This document shows, piece by piece, positions 20,066 to 30,827 of a stretch of 64,000 nt of DNA. The stretch is taken from assembly GCA_963727625.1 (NCBI GenBank), contig CAVSHR010000002.1, forward strand, positions 160,001-224,000, written 5' to 3'. Both the position numbers and the translations under genes were made by a program. The stretch comes from an uncultured delta proteobacterium (GTDB lineage Bacteria; Desulfobacterota; Binatia; UBA9968). Every line of letters begins with the position of its first letter. Position 1 is the stretch's first letter. The notes below the pieces were generated by a model. The model made no database searches. It was not told where the DNA came from and saw nothing but the letters and a program-made list of their open reading frames with translations.

Positions 20066-22345
20066 TTATTTAGTCACAGCCGGTTTCAGTTTATCCACGT
20101 CGATACGGGTATCCCATAGCACGGCGTCGCCGCCTAGCGACGGACTGAACATATCGACCTGCAGCTGGGTGGCGCAACCCGGGCAAGCGTAAATATGATA
20201 CTCGCCGATATAGGGCTCGCCGGAGGGCAATGGCGGCATGAGCTCGCTCAGATGCATGACCCGATGGAGCGCGTGGTACTTGTAGTTCTTGTCGGCATCG
20301 CAGAAGAGATGGCCGCAACGGGCGCATCGGATGCTTTTGCGTTTGCCGTCGGTGGCGAGCTCGAGCGCGGCGTGAAACTTGAGCAGTTGACGCCAACCGT
20401 TTTCCGGTTGGGCGGAAACGCCTTCGGTGTCGGCGGATAGCGCTTTGCCGCGCTGCTTGCGATCGTCGCGGATTTCCTGGCGGCGTCTTTCCGTCGCCGT
20501 TTGATCAATGGCTTTGCTGTCGCCGGTCAAAACAACTCCATAAATTTTTTCGGCGATCTCGCGGCTGACCCAACCGCGGCCAAAATCTTTCCGCACCGCC
20601 TGCGGGTCGCGATCGATGGGATCACCGAAGCCGCCGCCGCCGGCAACGTAGTCGACCAACAGGCTGCCTTCAGGCAGCGGAATGCGCTCTGGCACGCCTG
20701 CCGGTAAAAAAGAGTTGCCCCACTCGCCCGCGCGCATCGCCGCGGCGGTCGGCTGCGCGCCGGCTTTGACTTTGTCGAGCATATCCAAGCCCGCTTCTAT
20801 CATTACGCGTGTAGCGCCGACACCGGTGGGAAAACCGCCGGCAAGACCGAAGCCGCCTTGAGCGACGCCGCCGTAGGGCTTGTAGTCGACGCTGCAGTCC
20901 TGGGATCCATAGATGAGATAAACCCGATGGCTGCCCAGTCCGCCGCGGTACTGGCCGAAACCGCTGCCGTCGGGATTATTCGAGCGGGTGAAATAAAGAA
21001 ACGGATACTGCATCTCGATACGCTCGACGTCGGTAATCCCGGCGGAGGGAATATTCATGTGACCGCCGGTGTCGACGCCGTCGCGTCGCGGCGTGGCGCC
21101 CATGCCGGCGCCGTGAATATCGTAGAGTCCCTGGGCCACGGCGATGCCCTCCCGGGTATGGCCGCCGTAGAAATAGCCGGGGCCGCCGACAAATTCCAGA
21201 TTTCCCGTGGTCGACGCGTTGACGTCGTCGTAGCGACCGGAGGCGTAGATCATTTTCGCCACGGCTTCGCAGACCGTCGAGACCAGCACGTTGCCGATGC
21301 GCGGTCCGGCGCCGCAGGCGGCGGGATACTTGCAATTAAGAAGGCTCCCCTCGGGAACGTTAATTTTTACCGGGCGCATCTTGCCGTCGCTCCAGGGCAC
21401 GTCCCAAAAAAGCGTATTCGTTAGCGCCAGCGCAAGATGCGCGACCGTGCTCGGCAAGGTCGAATTATGATCGGTGTCGGTCTGCGGGCTGGTTCCGGTG
21501 AAATCGAATGCCAGCTCGTCGCGCTTCTTCGTCATCGTGCAGTAGAGCTGCTGTGCCACCGACTTTCGGGTTTTTCGGTCCAGGGTGGTAACGTACTGGC
21601 GCGTCACCCAGGTCCCGTCCGGCATGGAGCGAAGTTTCGCGCGCGACTTGGCCTCGCTGTCTTCGATCATTTTCTCGCCCGCTTGCTGGACGAATTTGAG
21701 GCCGAATTTTTCCACCAAGCCGAGATAGCGCTTGGCGCAGATGTTGTTGCCGGCGATCATCGCCTTCACATCGAGGCCGACGTACTGCGGATCGCGGCAC
21801 ATGCCGGTCAAGGTTTGAAACACGTCTTCGCGAAACTCGTCCTTCTCGACGATTTTCAAGCCCGGAACGCAGATCCCTTCGTGGAAAATTTCTTGCGCCG
21901 CGCCGCGCAACAGGCCGCCGGTGTCCGCGGTGTGCGTGCTGGTGGCGGTCCAGGCGATCGATTCGCCGCGATAAAAGATCGGCTTGACGATCATCATGTC
22001 GTAGGTGTGCGAGCCGGCGACGTAAGGATCGTTGAAGAAAAACTGATCGCCGTCGAAAAAGCCTGGCGACGTTTCAAACCGCCGCATCAGGTTGCGGATC
22101 GCGTCCGAGGTTGCCGCGGCAAAACGGAGATGGCCGGAGCAGGCGAGCACCATGGTGCCCTGCTCGTCGTAAAAGGAGCTCATGCACTCGCCTCCCTGGG
22201 AGACGATCGGCGAGGCCGTGACGCGCTGCAGCGTCATGCGGCCTTCTTCGCCGATGGCCCATAGACGGTGCAGAAACATTTCGTAGCGGATCGGATCGAT
22301 GGCGGAATTTCGCTTCCTCATGGGCCTGTCCTCCACTCCCATCAT
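20066..22345 (-). CDS. Hydantoinase B/oxoprolinase (acetone carboxylase alpha-like) with C-terminal AcxC-like Zn domain
   Basis: NDPYVAGSHTYD, HTADTGG, EIFHEG, GGGGFGDP.DRDP..V; C-terminal CxxC...CPGC. Confidence 0.88.
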   Translation of the reverse strand: MMGVEDRPMRKRNSAIDPIRYEMFLHRLWAIGEEGRMTLQRVTASPIVSQGGECMSSFYDEQGTMVLACSGHLRFAAATSDAIRNLMRRFETSPGFFDGDQFFFNDPYVAGSHTYDMMIVKPIFYRGESIAWTATSTHTADTGGLLRGAAQEIFHEGICVPGLKIVEKDEFREDVFQTLTGMCRDPQYVGLDVKAMIAGNNICAKRYLGLVEKFGLKFVQQAGEKMIEDSEAKSRAKLRSMPDGTWVTRQYVTTLDRKTRKSVAQQLYCTMTKKRDELAFDFTGTSPQTDTDHNSTLPSTVAHLALALTNTLFWDVPWSDGKMRPVKINVPEGSLLNCKYPAACGAGPRIGNVLVSTVCEAVAKMIYASGRYDDVNASTTGNLEFVGGPGYFYGGHTREGIAVAQGLYDIHGAGMGATPRRDGVDTGGHMNIPSAGITDVERIEMQYPFLYFTRSNNPDGSGFGQYRGGLGSHRVYLIYGSQDCSVDYKPYGGVAQGGFGLAGGFPTGVGATRVMIEAGLDMLDKVKAGAQPTAAAMRAGEWGNSFLPAGVPERIPLPEGSLLVDYVAGGGGFGDPIDRDPQAVRKDFGRGWVSREIAEKIYGVVLTGDSKAIDQTATERRRQEIRDDRKQRGKALSADTEGVSAQPENGWRQLLKFHAALELATDGKRKSIRCARCGHLFCDADKNYKYHALHRVMHLSELMPPLPSGEPYIGEYHIYACPGCATQLQVDMFSPSLGGDAVLWDTRIDVDKLKPAVTK

Positions 22346-24456
22346 AACGGCACGGCCATGACCAAATTCAAATACGGGTCGACCGTCACTTTATGCTCCG
22401 GCGGCACCAGCGCGGTGGTGAACGGCAGCTCGATGATCGCCGGCCCGCGGACCACCGCGCCGACCGACAGTCGATTGTAATCATAGACCGCGGTGTCAAT
22501 GAATTTGCGCTCGGGCCGGGTGAAAAATACCCGCCGTTTGCCTTTGAGCGCGCCGCGCGCGCTGCCGCCGCTCTTGCGCCTGGCGGTCAATTTTGGTTTG
22601 GCGACTTTACCGACCGCATCGACGCGGATCTCGCTGATCTCGATGCCCGCTTTGGCGTAGCCGGCGCCGACGCCGTAAAGCTCCTGGTATTTTTTCTCGA
22701 AGGCCGATTGCATCTCGGCGAGCCGTTTAGCCTGGAGCCGATCCCAACCGACTGCCATTTCGACGCCGGCGCTCTGCCGGCGGTAACGCATGGTAAAGAA
22801 GCGACGAAATTCGATCTGCCTGGCTTTGAAGCCCTCGTCGGACAGGGCGCCGGTCATTTCCTCCTCGACGGTTTTGAGCCGTTGGTTGATCACTCCGGGA
22901 TCGGCGGGCAGCACGTACTGGCAGCTCATCACGCGGGTGCGAATGACGTCGGCCGCAGCCGCGCCAAAAGCGGAGAAGACCGGTGAAGTGGCGAAAATGT
23001 AAATCTGCCGGATGCCCAACTCGGCCGCGAAGCCCGAGGCATGCACCGGCCCGGCGCCGCCGAAGGCGTAGATGACGAATTCTTCCGGCAAATAACCGGT
23101 GCGCACCACCTGACGGCGGATCAAGTCCGACATCTTGGCGTTGACAATGTCGTGCACGCCGGCCGCGGCTTCGTGGGTTTTGAGCTTGAGCGGCCTGGCG
23201 ATGGTGTCGTCGATGGCGCGCAACGCTTTGTTCTTATTCAAACTCTTGCGTCCGCCGAGAAAGAAGTTCGGATCGATGATTCCGAGAGCCAAGTCGCAGT
23301 CGGTCACGGTCACTTGCTCGCCGCCGCCGTCGTAGCAAACCGGGCCGGGGCTGGCGCCGGCGCTGCGCGGCCCGACCAGCAATCGGCCGGTCTCGGCTTC
23401 CACTTGCGCGATGGTGCCGCCGCCGGCACCGATGGATTCGATGTCGATGATCGGCTGGAGCATGCGAAATCGCTCGACGATCGGTTCCTGGGCGTAGCGC
23501 CAATAACCATCGGTGATCAGGCCGACGTCGAAGCTGGTGCCGCCCATGTCGGTGGTGATGACGTTCTTATGTTTCAATAAGCCGGCCACGTGAGCCGATG
23601 CGATCATGCCGCCGGCCGGGCCGGATTGCAGATTGGCGATGGCGCTGACATGTTCGCGGTGCGCCACGCCGCCATTGCCTTGCATGATCAAGAGCGGGCC
23701 TTTGAGCCCGCCGCTTTGCAGTTTGCTCTCGAGCCCTTTCAAATAGCGCTCCACCGTCGGACCCAGGTAGCTGTTCAGAATCGCCGTGTTGGCCCGAGCG
23801 TATTCGCCGGCCACCTGCGACAGGGAGCTGGCGAAGGACCAGAAGATTTTTCGGTGCGGGTCGGCTTCGGCAGTAAGCGCGCGAATCTCTTCTTCATGGC
23901 GCGGGTTGGCCCAGGCGTGCATCAAGCTGACGGCGATGGCCTCGACTTTGTCCTCTTCCATCAACCGCCGAATCGCTTGCATGACATCGTCCCAATTGAG
24001 CGGCACGATCTCATTGCCCTGATAATCCATGCGCTCGCGGACGCCGATGACCCGTTCGCGGGGAACGAAAGGCTCCGGCTTGGTAATCCAGGTGACATGT
24101 TTGAGCTCGTCTCCGGAAAGGCCATCGACGCGGCCGATGGCGCGCATGATCTCTGTGGTATCTTCGAAGCCTTTCGTGGTGATCAGGCCGACCTTGCAGC
24201 CGTTGTGCGTGATCAAGGCGTTGGTTGCCACCGTGCTGCCGTGTTTGAACAGGGTGGTATCACCGAGCAATTCGCCGGTGTCGACGCCGACCGCGCGCGC
24301 GGCCTGCGCCACCGCATCCATCACGCCGCGGGAGAAATCGTCGGGTGTGGTCGAGGCCTTAGCCGTCCAGACTTTACCGTGATCGCTAAGGACGACAACG
24401 TCGGTAAAAGTGCCGCCGGTGTCGACGCCGATGATGTAGTGCGCTTTCGGTGCCAT
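22342..24456 (-). CDS. Hydantoinase A/oxoprolinase (ATP-binding subunit)
   Basis: GVDTGGTFTD, HGSTVATNA, SGPAGG, DMGGTSFD, SAGASPGPVCY, FGGAGPVH. Confidence 0.93.
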   Translation of the reverse strand: MAPKAHYIIGVDTGGTFTDVVVLSDHGKVWTAKASTTPDDFSRGVMDAVAQAARAVGVDTGELLGDTTLFKHGSTVATNALITHNGCKVGLITTKGFEDTTEIMRAIGRVDGLSGDELKHVTWITKPEPFVPRERVIGVRERMDYQGNEIVPLNWDDVMQAIRRLMEEDKVEAIAVSLMHAWANPRHEEEIRALTAEADPHRKIFWSFASSLSQVAGEYARANTAILNSYLGPTVERYLKGLESKLQSGGLKGPLLIMQGNGGVAHREHVSAIANLQSGPAGGMIASAHVAGLLKHKNVITTDMGGTSFDVGLITDGYWRYAQEPIVERFRMLQPIIDIESIGAGGGTIAQVEAETGRLLVGPRSAGASPGPVCYDGGGEQVTVTDCDLALGIIDPNFFLGGRKSLNKNKALRAIDDTIARPLKLKTHEAAAGVHDIVNAKMSDLIRRQVVRTGYLPEEFVIYAFGGAGPVHASGFAAELGIRQIYIFATSPVFSAFGAAAADVIRTRVMSCQYVLPADPGVINQRLKTVEEEMTGALSDEGFKARQIEFRRFFTMRYRRQSAGVEMAVGWDRLQAKRLAEMQSAFEKKYQELYGVGAGYAKAGIEISEIRVDAVGKVAKPKLTARRKSGGSARGALKGKRRVFFTRPERKFIDTAVYDYNRLSVGAVVRGPAIIELPFTTALVPPEHKVTVDPYLNLVMAVPL

Positions 24457-24660
24457 GAAATCCCCATTCTCTGGATGGTCTGCAGGCAGGAATATGAGAG
24501 CCGAGTTTGGATGTCAAGACGATGTTTCTCGGACGGCGCGATACGAGCGGCGTGAAGCGGCAGATGGGTCAGTCACAATTACTTTAGTGAATAAAAATAT
24601 AGCATCCCGCGGCTCGAATGCCTTAGGCTCAGGATGGCCGAATCAAGCGGCGAATTTGAA

Positions 24661-24695
24661 GGCCAAGGGCCACGATAAGATCGTGGCCCTTGGCC
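24661..24695 (-). terminator. Perfect 16-bp hairpin downstream of the LLM gene
   Basis: ggccaagggccacgat-aag-atcgtggcccttggcc; U-tract weak. Confidence 0.55.
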
Positions 24696-24727
24696 GGTCT
24701 GAATGTTTAGTTTCGGGTAAGAAAAAT

Positions 24728-25861
24728 TTACCGCAATCTCGGCATAATCTCGTTTTTGAAGAGATCGAGCGAGTTTACGACTTTTTCGTGGGCCAGGTTG
24801 CCGATGTGGAACATGCCCATGAAATGATCGGCGCCGACTTGATTCATCTGAGATTGAATTTGCTTGGCGACGTTGTCGGGATTTCCGGCGATCAAGTAGC
24901 CGCTGTTGATCAAGCCGTCGTAATCCATCTTGGAGAAATCGCGGCGCTCGCGGTTGCCCTCGCGGAAATAGCTGAAGGAGCGCTCCGACGTAAGTGCTGC
25001 GGTCAGTTGGCGGTCGGCAGCGCTTTTATTGATCGCTTCGTTGAAGCCGCGGTTAAACACGGTGAAAAAATAGGCCATCGCCGCGGCCACGTTGTCGCGG
25101 GCCTTCTGGTCCGAGTCGTCGACGTAGATATGGCGGCAAAGAATGAACTGCTCCGGCTTCGCCTCCCAACCATCCTCCCGGGCTTTGGAGCGGTAGTAGT
25201 TGAAAGTGTCTTCGATCTGTCCGGTGGTCTGGTAGACCTGGGCGCATGGCAAATGCCGCTTGACGCACCATTCAATCGATTCGGCGCTGCGCGCGGCGAT
25301 CCAGATCGGCGGATGGGGTTGTTGCAGCGGGCGCGGCCAGATGGCGCAATCCTTGAGCTTGAAAAATTCTCCCTCGAAGCTCCACACCGGCTCGGTCCAG
25401 GCGGTCATGATCAGGTCGAAGGCTTCCTGGAATCGGCCGCGCGACTCCGAGGGGTTGACGCCGTACCAAATATATTCCGGCGGGATGCCGCGCACGAAGC
25501 CGGCGATGAGCCGGCCGTTGCTCAAACAATCGATCATCGCGTACTCTTCGGCGACCCGCACCGGGTGATTGCGCAGCGGTAAGATGTTGCCGAGCACGCC
25601 GATCTTGATCTTCTTGGTTTTCTGGCTCAGCGCGGAAGCGATTAAATTGGGCGAAGGCATGGTGCCGTAGGCGCTGTAGTGGTGTTCGTTGAAGACCACG
25701 CCGTCGAAGCCGAGCTCTTCGCAGTAGGCCATTTCTTCCAGGTGCTCCGCGTAGTTAGCCGCGCCCTTTTGCGGGTCGAAGAAGCTGCTCGGCACCGGCG
25801 TGCGCGGCGCGTCTTTCGGCACATGGGGATAGGCGAGAAGATCAAAATTATACAACTTCAC
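24728..25861 (-). CDS. LLM-class flavin-dependent oxidoreductase
   Basis: EELGFDGVVFNEHH, HPVRVAEEYAMID.LS.GRL, PRPLQQPHPPIW. Confidence 0.92.
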   Translation of the reverse strand: MKLYNFDLLAYPHVPKDAPRTPVPSSFFDPQKGAANYAEHLEEMAYCEELGFDGVVFNEHHYSAYGTMPSPNLIASALSQKTKKIKIGVLGNILPLRNHPVRVAEEYAMIDCLSNGRLIAGFVRGIPPEYIWYGVNPSESRGRFQEAFDLIMTAWTEPVWSFEGEFFKLKDCAIWPRPLQQPHPPIWIAARSAESIEWCVKRHLPCAQVYQTTGQIEDTFNYYRSKAREDGWEAKPEQFILCRHIYVDDSDQKARDNVAAAMAYFFTVFNRGFNEAINKSAADRQLTAALTSERSFSYFREGNRERRDFSKMDYDGLINSGYLIAGNPDNVAKQIQSQMNQVGADHFMGMFHIGNLAHEKVVNSLDLFKNEIMPRLR

Positions 25862-26196
25862 GGAATGTTGGCTCCTTAGTGCGACCTTCGCGGGATGCTA
25901 ACATTCGCCTACAGTTGGGTCAAACCACCTTTGAAAATTGCCTCGTTCCAATCGTTCCAAAGGTTCAAGCCGTTCAAATCGTATTCGAACAATTTCCGAT
26001 ATTGAGCCCGGCACCCAGCCCGGCGATGATAACGACCGGCACGAACATCGCCGCCATCTGAAAACGCTGCGCCGCCGCCGGGCGGAACTGTCAGGCAACG
26101 CGCGGCGCTTCGCGCTTTACCGATGACAGATTCCAAAGGGTGGGAGGAAATCGGACATCTGTAATTTGGAATTTGCAATTCGGCGTGTTGTGCCGA

Positions 26197-26994
26197 CTAC
26201 TCCCAGCGTTTCATCTGGGTAAAATCGTAATTGACCGAGCTGTTGGCCTCGAAGCGCCAGGTGGCGCGGTCTTTTTTCCACTCGCCGGCGAAGACCGATT
26301 GGAGGAACGATGTAATCTGATTCCACGCGGCATCGCTCTGCGGCGCGCGATAACGTCCGGCCATGGTGTCATTCAAAAAACCGTGGGGCGCATCAGGATA
26401 GACGCGGATGCCGAAGCTTTTCTTGGCGGCAGCCAGGACGGTCAGCATGCGCACGATGTTATCAATGGGGATGAGATTATCGAGCTCGCCGAAGACCGCC
26501 GTGAGCGGACATTGCATTTTCTGCAGCAGTGTTTCGATAGACTCTGGGCGCATGGGATGGGACTTCCAATCGGCGTCGTAAACCGCGCCGTAGAACACCA
26601 CGGCGGCCGAAAGGTAATCGCGTTCGGCGGCCACCAGAATCGGTTGGCGCCCGGTTTGGCACACTCCTGACATGGCGACCTTGGTCATGTCGGCCTGTAG
26701 CACCGTGCGTAAATAAGCCATAACCGCGTCGGTGTCCGCCAAAACAAGCTCGTCCTCGAGCTCGCAGCGGTCATTGCCGTCGGCCAGCGCTTTGCGGTCG
26801 CCGGTGAAGCGGGAAAAGTAGTCGGGAACGATAGTCACGTAGCCGGCTTTGACGTACTTCTCGCCCAAATCCAGAGTGTGCTGCACGATACCGTAGCGCT
26901 CGTGCATTTGAACGATCACCGGGCGTTTGCCGATCCCTTCCGGGATGCCGAGGTGCGCGTTAATCCGATTGTCGATCTTGAGTGGCGTGAGCAT
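26197..26994 (-). CDS. Dienelactone hydrolase family protein
   Basis: HERYG, GVCQTG nucleophile, VFYG, FGELD, YPDAPHGF. Confidence 0.88.
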   Translation of the reverse strand: MLTPLKIDNRINAHLGIPEGIGKRPVIVQMHERYGIVQHTLDLGEKYVKAGYVTIVPDYFSRFTGDRKALADGNDRCELEDELVLADTDAVMAYLRTVLQADMTKVAMSGVCQTGRQPILVAAERDYLSAAVVFYGAVYDADWKSHPMRPESIETLLQKMQCPLTAVFGELDNLIPIDNIVRMLTVLAAAKKSFGIRVYPDAPHGFLNDTMAGRYRAPQSDAAWNQITSFLQSVFAGEWKKDRATWRFEANSSVNYDFTQMKRWE

Positions 26995-27040
26995 GATCCG
27001 GATTTCCTTCTTAAGCCTAGAAACCAGTTAGAAACTGTTT

Positions 27041-27817
27041 TTATTTCTCCGGCTCGTATTGCAAGTTATCGCGAATCAGATTCGAGATGCCGCGGGCGAT
27101 GGGCCGGCGAATCTCTTCGCCGACGTGAGCCAAGCCGCCCAGGGCGCGTCCGAGGATGGCGAAGCTTTTGGACATTTGCCAGTGGATGCCCATGTCGAGC
27201 GAGATCGCCGCGATGGCGCCGGTGACGTTCACCGGAAGGTGCTTGCCGACTTTTTGATCGGCGATCTTGCCGATCTTTCTCAAGAGCTCGCAGTAGCGGC
27301 CGTAGACTTTGGTTTCCTGAGCGACTTCGAACAGCCGCTCGGCGCGGGGGTCGCCGCCGGTGTGAATGCCGTGGCCGATGCCGGGGATCAGCTGCTTGTT
27401 GGCCAGCCGTTTCTCCACGGTCTTGAGCGCGACGGCGTCGAGGTCGGTTTCTTTGGAATCCTTGGGCAGGGCGTCATCGAGCATTTTCGCGCAGTGTTCC
27501 GAGGAACCGAGATGGACACTGCCGGCGCCGAGAATCGCGGCGGCCACCGCGCCTTGAATCGCTTCCGGCGCGGAGTGAAACGTCATTCGCGCTGCGGCAG
27601 CGCCGGTGGTCATGCCGTGATCGACCAGGACGATCAGCATGGTGTCGATCATGCGGCCCTGTTCCGGCGTCGGCATGCGCCCTTCGAGCATCAGATAGAC
27701 CATCTGAGCAAAAGTGATTTTGCCGAGCAGATCTTTGTTCAAGTCGTAATTGCGCACGAAGATGCGATCGAGCTCGGCTCTGCCCATCGAGGAAACAAGT
27801 TTCGGTGTGTCAGCCAT
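27041..27817 (-). CDS. Citryl-CoA lyase (citrate synthase-like)
   Basis: LVDHG, HLG, IPGIGH.IH..GDPR, LPVNVTGA. Confidence 0.85.
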   Translation of the reverse strand: MADTPKLVSSMGRAELDRIFVRNYDLNKDLLGKITFAQMVYLMLEGRMPTPEQGRMIDTMLIVLVDHGMTTGAAAARMTFHSAPEAIQGAVAAAILGAGSVHLGSSEHCAKMLDDALPKDSKETDLDAVALKTVEKRLANKQLIPGIGHGIHTGGDPRAERLFEVAQETKVYGRYCELLRKIGKIADQKVGKHLPVNVTGAIAAISLDMGIHWQMSKSFAILGRALGGLAHVGEEIRRPIARGISNLIRDNLQYEPEK

Positions 27818-27939
27818 AATTTTCTCCTTCAAATATATTTTGAATTAAATCGGAGCTCCGACCCTACAAGCGAGAAAGGCAATAGGCAACAGGCAATAGT
27901 CGTGAGCGAAGCTTCGGAAACCGGAACCTTAATTTCAAA

Positions 27940-29040
27940 TTAGCCCAACCGCAGTAGCCGCGCGGCGTTTTCGCCCATGATTTTCCTTTTCGTTGCAGCG
28001 TTCAAATCTTCGCGATTGAGAATCATATCGGTAACACCGGGAAAGGTCGCGTCCCAGTGCGGATAGTCGGAGGCGAAGACCACCCGGTCTGCGGCGATGG
28101 AATCGATCACTTGACCCAAGCGAGTCTCATCGGCTTCGAACGAGGTGAAACATTGGCGGCGAAAATAGTCGCTCGGTTTCATTTTCAGCCATGGCACTTG
28201 GAAGGGTAAAATTTCATAGTGTTCGTCCATGCGCCAGAGCCAGTAGGGCAACCATCCGGCGCCGGATTCGAGAAAGACCACTTGAAGCTCGGGATGACGT
28301 TCCAGAGTTCCCTTGCAGATCATGCCGAGGCTCGCGAGCATCTGCTCCAGCGGATGGGAAATCGTGTGGGTGAAAAACCACTGGCCGGCGAAACGGTCGG
28401 CGCCGGCGGTGGGCAGAAATGCGCCCGAGCCTTCGTGAATCAAAAGCGGCACGCCTAGATCGACGACGGTTTTGTAGAGCGGATCGTAATAGGGATCGTC
28501 GATGTTGCGCCCCTTGACCGGATTGGGCCGGACGAAGACGCCCTTGAAGCCGAGTTCGTTGACCGCGCGCTTGGCTTCGTCGGCGGCGAGCTTGACGTCC
28601 TGCACTGGTATGGCGGCGACGCCCATCAATCGTTTGCGATCCTCGGCGCAGTAATCGTAGAGCCAGTTGTTGTAGGCGCGGCAGAGCGCCGCGGCGTAGG
28701 CTTCTTCTTCAACCGATGCCAGATAGAGTCCCGCCGAGGGGAACAGCAGGCCGCGTTCGATGCGGTCTCGGTCCATGGCCTCGATGCGCTGTTTCGGGTT
28801 GGTGGCGAGATGGCGTTGCTCGTTCACCGGCGAGCCGTCGTCTTTGACGCGAAACGGCGACTCATCCGGCCTCCGGTGGTGGCGCTCGCCTTCGAGGCGA
28901 AACAAAAGCTGGCCGTTGGCGACTTTTTCGATCTTCGGCGCGCGGGCGCGAAACGGCGCTTCCAAATATTTCTCGAACAGATCGTCGGCCTCGCGCACAT
29001 GGCCGTCGATATCGATAATACGGGTTCCGTTGTCAGGCAT
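27940..29040 (-). CDS. Amidohydrolase 2 family protein
   Basis: IDIDGHV, RAYNNWL, IHEG, FLESGAGW, FASDYPHWD. Confidence 0.92.
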   Translation of the reverse strand: MPDNGTRIIDIDGHVREADDLFEKYLEAPFRARAPKIEKVANGQLLFRLEGERHHRRPDESPFRVKDDGSPVNEQRHLATNPKQRIEAMDRDRIERGLLFPSAGLYLASVEEEAYAAALCRAYNNWLYDYCAEDRKRLMGVAAIPVQDVKLAADEAKRAVNELGFKGVFVRPNPVKGRNIDDPYYDPLYKTVVDLGVPLLIHEGSGAFLPTAGADRFAGQWFFTHTISHPLEQMLASLGMICKGTLERHPELQVVFLESGAGWLPYWLWRMDEHYEILPFQVPWLKMKPSDYFRRQCFTSFEADETRLGQVIDSIAADRVVFASDYPHWDATFPGVTDMILNREDLNAATKRKIMGENAARLLRLG

Positions 29041-29340
29041 GACTATCTCCGTTCGCCCAGCACTTCTGTGTTGCTCTGTATCCAGCCTGGGCAAATAATT
29101 CAAGCGATTGCGTCGCGTGCAATCGAAAGATGACTTCGGTTGCAACCGGGAAGTTTTTCACGCTACAGTCGGCGCGATGAAATTTTATGATTCGCTACGA
29201 AATCGCTTGCTCCGTGTTCGATAGGTCGCCATTTAGCTGCGAAACCGCCAAACGGATTGAAACCCCCGAGGGGTTGAAGACCGGGCCATTGCGGCGTATC
29301 GGATAGATAGAAGCAATATCCAGAAAGAGGGAGGCCCGTC

Positions 29341-30588
29341 ATGATTCAATATGCACCGAAATTGACTTACGGTCCTGAGGTTGCCGATTGGCAGGAGCGG
29401 CTCAACCCGGAGCGCATGCGCCGATTGCGATTCGAGCGCGCTCAGATGATCATGCGCAAGCATGGCATTGCGGCGATCCTCGAGGCCAATCATCAAAACA
29501 TCCGCTATCTCACGGCGCTCAAGGGCTTTGCCTATCCCATGGTCCGCTACGTGCTTTTCTTCGCCGAGCATGATCCGGTGATGTACGAGCACAACGGCTA
29601 CTATCACCAGATGCCCGACCAGTGCCCATGGATCAAAGAGTGGCGTCCGGCGCGCTCTTGGCTCACCGGCGCGCCGGGGCCGGAAGCCTGCGCCCTGGAA
29701 GCCAAGGCGTTTGCCGGCGAGATCAAAGCGGAGCTCGAAAAGCGCGGCTTACTCGGCGAGAAGCTCGGTCTCGGCAGCTTCGACGGTTATGCGCGCGAGG
29801 CGCTGGTCAACGCCGGCGTGAAAAACATCGTCGATACCCGCCAGCTCATGCTCGAAGCGCGCATGGTCAAGAACCAGGACGAGATCGCCTGCTTGAAGAC
29901 CTGCGCCGCCATGGTCGACGGCGTGTGGTTTCGCATGTGGGAAAATTTAAAACCGGGAATGAGAGACACCGACTTGATGACCTTGGGCTCCACGGCCGGC
30001 TATGAGATCGGTCTGGAATCGGCGGTGCCGGGCGGCTGGCGCACCGGTCCGATGACCTTCGACCGCGGGCCGCATGCCACCAGCCGGATCATTCAGTTCG
30101 GCGATTTGATGTACGGTTCGTATTGCGGCGCGACCTATATGGGTTACGGCAGTTGCACCTATCGGACTTTTATCGTCGGCCGCCAACCAACGCCGAAGGA
30201 AAAAGATTGGTACAAAGTGATGCGCGAGCGGATCGACGCGATCATCGGCGAGATCAAGCCGGGAAAGACCACCGCCGACGCGGCCAAGCATTTTCCGCCG
30301 GCGAGCAAATGGGGTTACAAGAGCGAAGTCGAAGTGCTCGCAAGCGAGATCGGCCACGGCATCGGCCTGGGTACGAGCACAGGCTATGACGTGCCGATCA
30401 TCAACCGGCTCTGGTCGCTGGATCATCCGCAGGTGTTCGAAGAGGGGATGACCCTGGCCGTCGAATGCCGCGAAGGCGAACATCGGGTGGGCGGTGTGCG
30501 CCTGGAGAACATGATGGTGGTGACCAAGAACGGCGCCGAGATCATGGACTATTTCCCGCGCGAAGAGATCCTGATCGCGCCGCGGTGA
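29341..30588 (+). CDS. M24 (Xaa-Pro peptidase-like) family protein
   Basis: NIRYLT, ARMVK..DEI, GHGIG, GMTLAVE, GVRLEN; GGAGG RBS. Confidence 0.88.
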   Translation: MIQYAPKLTYGPEVADWQERLNPERMRRLRFERAQMIMRKHGIAAILEANHQNIRYLTALKGFAYPMVRYVLFFAEHDPVMYEHNGYYHQMPDQCPWIKEWRPARSWLTGAPGPEACALEAKAFAGEIKAELEKRGLLGEKLGLGSFDGYAREALVNAGVKNIVDTRQLMLEARMVKNQDEIACLKTCAAMVDGVWFRMWENLKPGMRDTDLMTLGSTAGYEIGLESAVPGGWRTGPMTFDRGPHATSRIIQFGDLMYGSYCGATYMGYGSCTYRTFIVGRQPTPKEKDWYKVMRERIDAIIGEIKPGKTTADAAKHFPPASKWGYKSEVEVLASEIGHGIGLGTSTGYDVPIINRLWSLDHPQVFEEGMTLAVECREGEHRVGGVRLENMMVVTKNGAEIMDYFPREEILIAPR

Positions 30589-30713
30589 CCCGCCGCAACT
30601 GCGGCGCGATTCTTAGCGATTAGAATTGAGCCGCGCTGTGATCCGAATTGCTAACCGGGCGGCGCGCCGCGGTGTCGCAATCACGGAAAAGCTACCAACG
30701 CCCGTCTCAAACG

Positions 30714-30827
30714 TCAGACCGTTATCGCTTGCTGGTCGTTTCCTACACCGAGAGGCCGCCGAGAACGCGAATTATTAGCGCTCGGCTGGCAGCTCGAAAA
30801 GAACGAAAACAATATGAAGAAAAGTAA
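30714..30827 (+). pseudogene. 3' half of a BrnT-family toxin
   Basis: SDRYRLLVVSYTERPPRTRIISARLAARKERKQYEEK*, overlapping the antitoxin start. Confidence 0.8.
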
